DNA of 63,876 nucleotides, filler included, from Rhizaria sp. SCN 62-66 (Eukaryota): NCBI GenBank assembly GCA_001724265.1. It is 3 parts of 3 records of this genome, joined end to end, with 100 filler letters (N's around TTAATTAATTAA, not from the genome) between each part and the next. Parts side by side here need not be neighbours in the genome. Positions count along the whole stretch, not along the records: positions 50,570 to 63,876 come from MEDY01000524.1; 2 more parts are not named here. One strand, 5' to 3'. Shown piece by piece: positions 59,701 to 63,876 of this stretch (position 1 is its first letter; each line of letters starts with the position of its first letter). The notes under the pieces were generated by a model. It saw only the letters and a program-made list of their open reading frames with translations, ran no database searches and was not told where the DNA came from. The position numbers and the translations under genes were made by a program.

Positions 59701-60814
59701 CGAGCGAGAGGCCGAGGCCGCTGGAGGACGCGAACGACGGGTGCGCGCGGCTGCTCACAATGCCGGCGCCGACGGGAACGCTCGCACTGCCGGGGTGGCC
59801 GGCGAGTGGGGAGCTGGACCCCGGTGCCTGTGCCGCCGCCACAGCGCCAGCCGCGGAGGCGGTGGCGGAGGCGGAGTCGGCGCGCGAGAGAGAGAGTGAG
59901 CCGCCGCCCCCCGCCTTGGGGGAGAGCTGGGGGTGATGATATGCTCCCGCTACGCCAACGCCAGCGCCAAGCCCGCCGCCTGCAACACCGGCGGCGGCGG
60001 CGGCGGCGTCGAGGCCGGCCAGCTCGGCCAGCAGCGAGCCTGAGAAGCCGTAGGACAGGCGCGTGTCGCCAGCGCCGAGCTCGGGGACTGCGCTCTGCTG
60101 ATGCTGCGCAGAGTGACCGTGGGCAGAGTGACTGTGAGCGTAGGCAGCGCCGGCGATGGCGTTGATATCACGCGCGTTGATAGCGCTTGCACTGCCGGCA
60201 ACGTTGGCGGCGTCAAGCGCAGATGACAGCGAACGGACGGTCAACGGAGACGCGTTGCCCGCAGCAGCAGCAGCAGCAGCAGCGGCGGTCAAGCCAGAGC
60301 CAGCGCCTGCAGTCGCGCCCGTACAGGAGTCGCATGTGGCGCTCGTGTCGCAGTCTTCGTCGTCGCACTCGCAGGCGATAGCAGCAAACGCATTAAGGCC
60401 GCTTCCAGCCCCAGCCCCAGTTGCATTGCTGTTGTAGCGGCGCGGCGCGGTACGGAGGGGCCCGCCAGGCGTGAAGCCGGTGGAGGACGGCAAGACGTAG
60501 GGGTATGCAACACCGGGGCCCACGGGCGCGGCACCAGCAACAGTAGCATTGGTACCACCGAGCGCAGACGCAGATACTGCTGCAGCAGCGTTGTTGTTGT
60601 TTGTGTTGAGGGCGTTGTCTGTGGAGAGGGAGAGGTTGCGGAGCGCGTTGAGCGAGATGTCGTCCGTGGGGTATGCCGCCGTCGCCGTCGCCGCAGTCGC
60701 AGCACCCGTGGCAGGCGCGGGCGCGGGCGCGGGTGCGGGCGCGGACGCTGCTGGGTTGCTTCCACTGCCCGAGGCAGCGGCGTGCGGAGAGGTGTGGGAG
60801 GCCGGGGCAGACAT
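56774..60814 (-). CDS. Ankyrin-repeat protein with a long low-complexity/acidic N-terminus
   Basis: ATG at 60814 after a pyrimidine-rich ...CTCAG. Repeats NGHTALGIAA, SATPLSNAA, SMTPLMHAV, QRTLLHLCA, EQSALLLAC, EVSALHWAV, GARVLHWAS, GATALDLAV. Stop TGA; a GTACGC just before the stop could be a donor to an extra exon. Confidence 0.8.
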   Translation of the reverse strand: MSAPASHTSPHAAASGSGSNPAASAPAPAPAPAPATGAATAATATAAYPTDDISLNALRNLSLSTDNALNTNNNNAAAAVSASALGGTNATVAGAAPVGPGVAYPYVLPSSTGFTPGGPLRTAPRRYNSNATGAGAGSGLNAFAAIACECDDEDCDTSATCDSCTGATAGAGSGLTAAAAAAAAAGNASPLTVRSLSSALDAANVAGSASAINARDINAIAGAAYAHSHSAHGHSAQHQQSAVPELGAGDTRLSYGFSGSLLAELAGLDAAAAAAGVAGGGLGAGVGVAGAYHHPQLSPKAGGGGSLSLSRADSASATASAAGAVAAAQAPGSSSPLAGHPGSASVPVGAGIVSSRAHPSFASSSGLGLSLGMIPTAAAAQNSNNNASSGDGRSSPLASLSHSLSLSLSAASPFDSSAAVAAATVASLVSPLDGGSGHLDAAQRYLDHSSSYMDAATSSKYLDAPLDASESWSALGAHHSASDAATMTSSSASASAALATGAAANAPVVIAATAAAAAAAAAAAAAAAGGAAGATGSTPLQSQRITSASASPQHQLAAAASAAAAAAAAEAAAAAAAAGKGIMMPSLGPLYNNGDDDDDDDGGNGYYQDDQGLDNNNNDGNDDDDEDEDDGDNDVDGFVGSASGNIDYAAVAAAARAAGFPAAAAAADADADAAAAYEQAMLAPHLDNDDDDDADDDEHDFDEDDEYDDDVDAAGGGDTTTPSAAAASRAAARARAAADADALWEQRLPRRVQAPRFVPLLRAIRRGDVATVAALLANQSQAASAQSQAVAADDADVIVPGSLCADLNSPLLINGHTALGIAAARRGPAGAALVALLLQLRADPKIDGLNSATPLSNAARKGAAGSVAALLAAGAAVDTEDCDSMTPLMHAVAGGYARCVDALLAAGARYVGVDQDQRTLLHLCAVGAGEHADRYESALEHHRSRSGASLASLNLNTPGSVSASDAAATPVSSPSPPAPRARTRRTRNNNNDNNGAAGDNALSGGVTNSEARDFGAVARRLLSLDYFREECLDSVDCDEQSALLLACQHRAAPVALALVSAGAEVRVTDSTEVSALHWAVGARDASLIAAMVAAGADAGAHTRNGARVLHWASEGAENSPAVVATLIAARADPAARNNRGATALDLAVRSGAADVARALLRACGWRAADSTEAAHGAVAAERAARDAAAAAAPLGTLALSITGSAPTSATATASGNSNSNTAAAASVSASSATAAPAMSPATAAVARVGGSAASFASASAHSAAALASAAAAAAAAVASAGGSPRAQGEAAADVVAAARSGAHTNAGAAGAAAGAVAPVPLTALLGMTTVDKLRKLVVRQGHAYAF

Positions 60815-61608
60815 CAGATCGAGACGGCGCGGGCCTGAGGGGAGATAGAAAAGAGCCAAAATGGCGCGAGCAATTAGGAAAGAGAAGAGAACAAGGAAGT
60901 GAGCAGGGAACAGTGGCAAAGGCGTGGGGCAATCCAGACATGTGATACGGGTGTCGGCGCAGCGTCCATTAAAAGGCAATTCTCTCGGTAGTTTGGTCGC
61001 AAAGAGAGGCAAAAATGATAGCAAATGTACATTACATTCGTTCACGATTAAATCGTTTCTTGTAGACTTGCGAAAGACATATGACCTGCTCTATGCCGGT
61101 TCGAGCTCTTCACCACGAAGACTTGCCACATCGGCCTATTTTTTCGGTCCATCCGGTCTTCGGCTGGCTCCGCTCACTGCTGCATCAAAACACACGGTCA
61201 TGGGAAGTCATCATATCGTCAAAACATATTTAAGTGTGGTTGTCTTATTTAAACTGGCATTTATATCTTATTTCTGTTTTAACACTCCGATTCACGTCTG
61301 TTTGGAGTCGGGCTGAGTCGGAATGCAAGGCTGGCGAGTGGCACCACAAGCTCTATTCACCAGCAGTCCACAAAGACGCGTGTTGAGCCACCTATATAGT
61401 CGTGATGTGCTTATGACAAGGATATGATCTTAAATGGCGATTGGGAGCTGTCAGAATACTGGTTATTTTGCTACAACGCTTTATTTCACGCCGATGCAAC
61501 TCCGTCTTCGCCCCCTCCCTCGCTCCACTTTCGTTCGCACTCTCACTGCCGTACCTTTGAATCTCGCTATATTCCCTGCCGACGCTCTCCAATAGTCTTG
61601 TCCTTGCT

Positions 61609-62597
61609 ATGTCCGTCAACTTTGCAGATTTTCCACCCGCTGTGATCGAGCGCCTCGCTGGTGGCGCTGCCAAGACCCTCGGTACGCTCTCGCTTTCACC
61701 TCTCATACTCTCGCGTGTCTTAACAAAATCATATATATATCAACTTAATTAAGATATTTACGTGTATATTTACGATATTTCGCATTCTATGTGTTGTAAA
61801 AATGTTATATCTTGATTTTATACCTTGAACCGCAAAAATACCTGACTTTAACTGCAAACTAACTCATCATATCTACTCGATCCCATACTCCCCTCGCTCC
61901 CTCGCTTGGTCCTCTCTCCCCCACCCAGGCATCTCCTACGACGTGATGCGCAAAGACGAGCTCGTTGCCTCCATGCTCATTACCGAGGCGCACCTCCAGC
62001 CCTTTGGCATCCTTCACGGCGGCGTCAGTGTGCTGCTTGCCGAGTCCGTCGCCTCTGTTGGCGGGTACCTCAACGTCGATCCGGCGCAGTCCGGGATCGT
62101 GGGACTGGAGATCAACGCCAACCACCTCGCACCCGGCATGCTCGGTGACACGCTCGTTGCGCGTGGGCGGCCTGTGCACGTTGGACGCAAGAACCAGGTA
62201 CGCAAAAACTGCCGTAAACCCGCAAGATTCTGAAACGAATACTGATCATGAAACGCTTTATAATGCAGATAAGTAACTGATAAGATCTTTACAAGACCTA
62301 ATATTGCGGTTTTTAATTTTTGTTGTGTTTATCTAAGTTTCGTGGTGTTTGATGTCTTGGATGCTCAAATGTGGATATTCGCTTGCTTTTTCTGTTGCTT
62401 GGTATCCTTCTTAGGTTTGGGAGATTCTGATCACTTCCAAGGCGACTGACAAGCTCGTGTGCATCTCACGCTGCACGATCGCCGTCGTCGCGCTCACCGA
62501 GCTTGAGAGCAAGAAGGGCAAGGGCCAGGCACGCGTTGTTGAAGTCAATAACAATAACGGCGACAACGGCGGTGTCAAGATTCCTGCTAAGCTCTAA
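61609..62597 (+). CDS. Hotdog-fold PaaI/MenI(YdiI)-like acyl-CoA thioesterase with C-terminal PTS1 (AKL)
   Basis: Exons 61609-61681, 61929-62197 and 62415-62597. HLQPFGILHGGVSVLLAESVASVG, IVGLEINANHL, PVHVGRKNQ|VWEI, LVCISRCTIAV. Ends KIPAKL-TAA. Confidence 0.9.
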
Positions 62598-63782
62598 ATC
62601 GACACTCTCTACTCGTTTTCTCTCTTAGAGACCTTGATGTGATACTACGCTTCTATTGATACTGCATAATGTATTGTAAGCGTGTACTGTTATGTAGTGT
62701 ATATCTATATATTGATACTCAGAAGAATACAAATAAGTGATTTGTAATGTAACGTTGACTCAAATGTGTGTGTTGGATATGTTCGGGCAGTGCACGATGA
62801 AAGCATATTATTGTTACGATTCAAAGTTATATTATGTGTATTATATCATGTTATTGCATCTTAAAATGATTCATAACACGAACACCAGCAACAGCAACAA
62901 AGCCCAAAAGTACTTCGTAACTTAGCACATTTAAGAGTGTTGACGCAGTGCTTGTTGTTATCGATAATTGTTGCTGCATGGTGTGTAAAGACGCTATTCT
63001 CGAGTCCAAACGGGACAACAGAGAGTAGCGTCGTGCCTGTGGAGGCTGCTGCCACAAGGCTAGCAAGGCTGACCCCAGTCACTTCACACTTAGCGCAGTC
63101 GCAGACACTGATACCCCCAAACTCCGAAAGCACACACGACGACGAATGCTGATACGAGTCGAGCGACGGCTGGTTGTGGATGTGAGCCGTCGAGTCTCAT
63201 CGTCGCGGGAGTGACAGTGGGAGCAGCAGTGAATGTGAGCAGCAGCGGCGGGTGACTAGGCCAACAGAGGAAAACTAAGTATAGATGAGAGAGATGACGA
63301 AAGGTAAAGGGAGGCGCAACCGCAGCTGAGAGCAACTGGAGTGCAGAGCTTTTGTGGTACAGAGTTGATAGAGCGAGTACGAGTGGGGGTGATGAGAGTT
63401 TTGGTAATAAATAGCACCACTATCAACTTGTAGCAACAAAAACAACGCAAGAAGCAGTGTGTGAATGTGGCTTCGATGTTTGCATGAATCAGCAAACAGC
63501 AAAGACACATCGCAGCGCGTTGCTTCTGCGCCCACACAAACCGTGAATGCTCGACATGTAGAGCACTAACGCAGCAGTAGCAGCAGCAGCGGCTGTGTTG
63601 CAAACCTCCTGAAAGCGAAAAACAAAAGAGACTATAAAGAAAACTAACGAAGAAAGCTCAGCACGCGGAAGCAGAGCTGAGCGAGGAAAAGAAAAGCGAA
63701 ATCAGATATTAAAAAGGCATCAACAACGGTTCCCTTTTTGTAAATATAATACCTTTTAATGTGGTGTTATATCATGAGGTAT

Positions 63783-63876
63783 TTACGCGATGTGGGCCAT
63801 GTTGTCGACCTTGGGGATGTAGTCGGTGCAGACCTCGTCGGGGTTGGTGGTGAGCTGGAAGATCTGGCCGCAGTGG
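63783..63876 (-). CDS. C-terminal fragment of a gene entering from the right edge, possibly cytochrome c oxidase subunit 5B-like
   Basis: Reads HCGQIFQLTTNPDEVCTDYIPKVDNMAHIA-TAA with strong host codon bias. xCGQ.F.L resembles the second Zn-binding Cys pair of COX5B. Only 30 codons are visible. Confidence 0.45.
   Translation of the reverse strand, partial: HCGQIFQLTTNPDEVCTDYIPKVDNMAHIA

Noticed and set aside
61090-61120. GGTTCGAGCTC resembling a tRNA T-loop (sought as a possible UAG-decoding tRNA)
   Set aside because: No acceptor, D or anticodon stems could be built around it. No tRNA gene was found in the window.
62737-63603. Short ORFs between the thioesterase and the terminal gene fragment
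   Set aside because: No motifs, consistent splice structure or codon bias; treated as UTR or intergenic.

Overview
Gene-dense eukaryotic (protist-like, probably flagellated) nuclear DNA. Exons are GC-rich and introns are short (about 100-290 nt), AT-rich and GT-AG. Three contigs are joined by artificial N44-TTAATTAATTAA-N44 spacers. About 19 genes can be reconstructed by hand: a Crinkler-type restriction-endonuclease-fold + kinase gene next to a decayed rve (Polinton/Maverick-type) integrase, GMP reductase, NAD(P)HX dehydratase, a His-rich unknown, TMEM237-like, a degenerate kinesin, PH-FYVE-TM, MARVEL, GDPD, MORN5-like, an ATP-grasp ligase, an extended SDR, legumain, two ankyrin proteins, a TM-RGS protein, PHAF1-like, a peroxisomal hotdog thioesterase and a partial COX5B-like gene. 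The most striking signal is a probable non-standard nuclear genetic code. Six in-frame TAG codons interrupt otherwise continuous reading frames in three unrelated genes. Five lie at or next to Gln codons, and one aligns exactly with CAG in a tandem repeat copy. All 17 gene ends I could define use TAA or TGA, never TAG. This points to UAG=Gln (or efficient readthrough) with UAA still a stop. Secondary oddities are a dominant GTACG 5' splice site (19 of 22 introns), very large low-complexity insertions inside conserved domains (about 1,500 aa inside an RGS domain), and a kinesin lacking switch I/II. All family calls come from motif recognition by eye; no searches were run.
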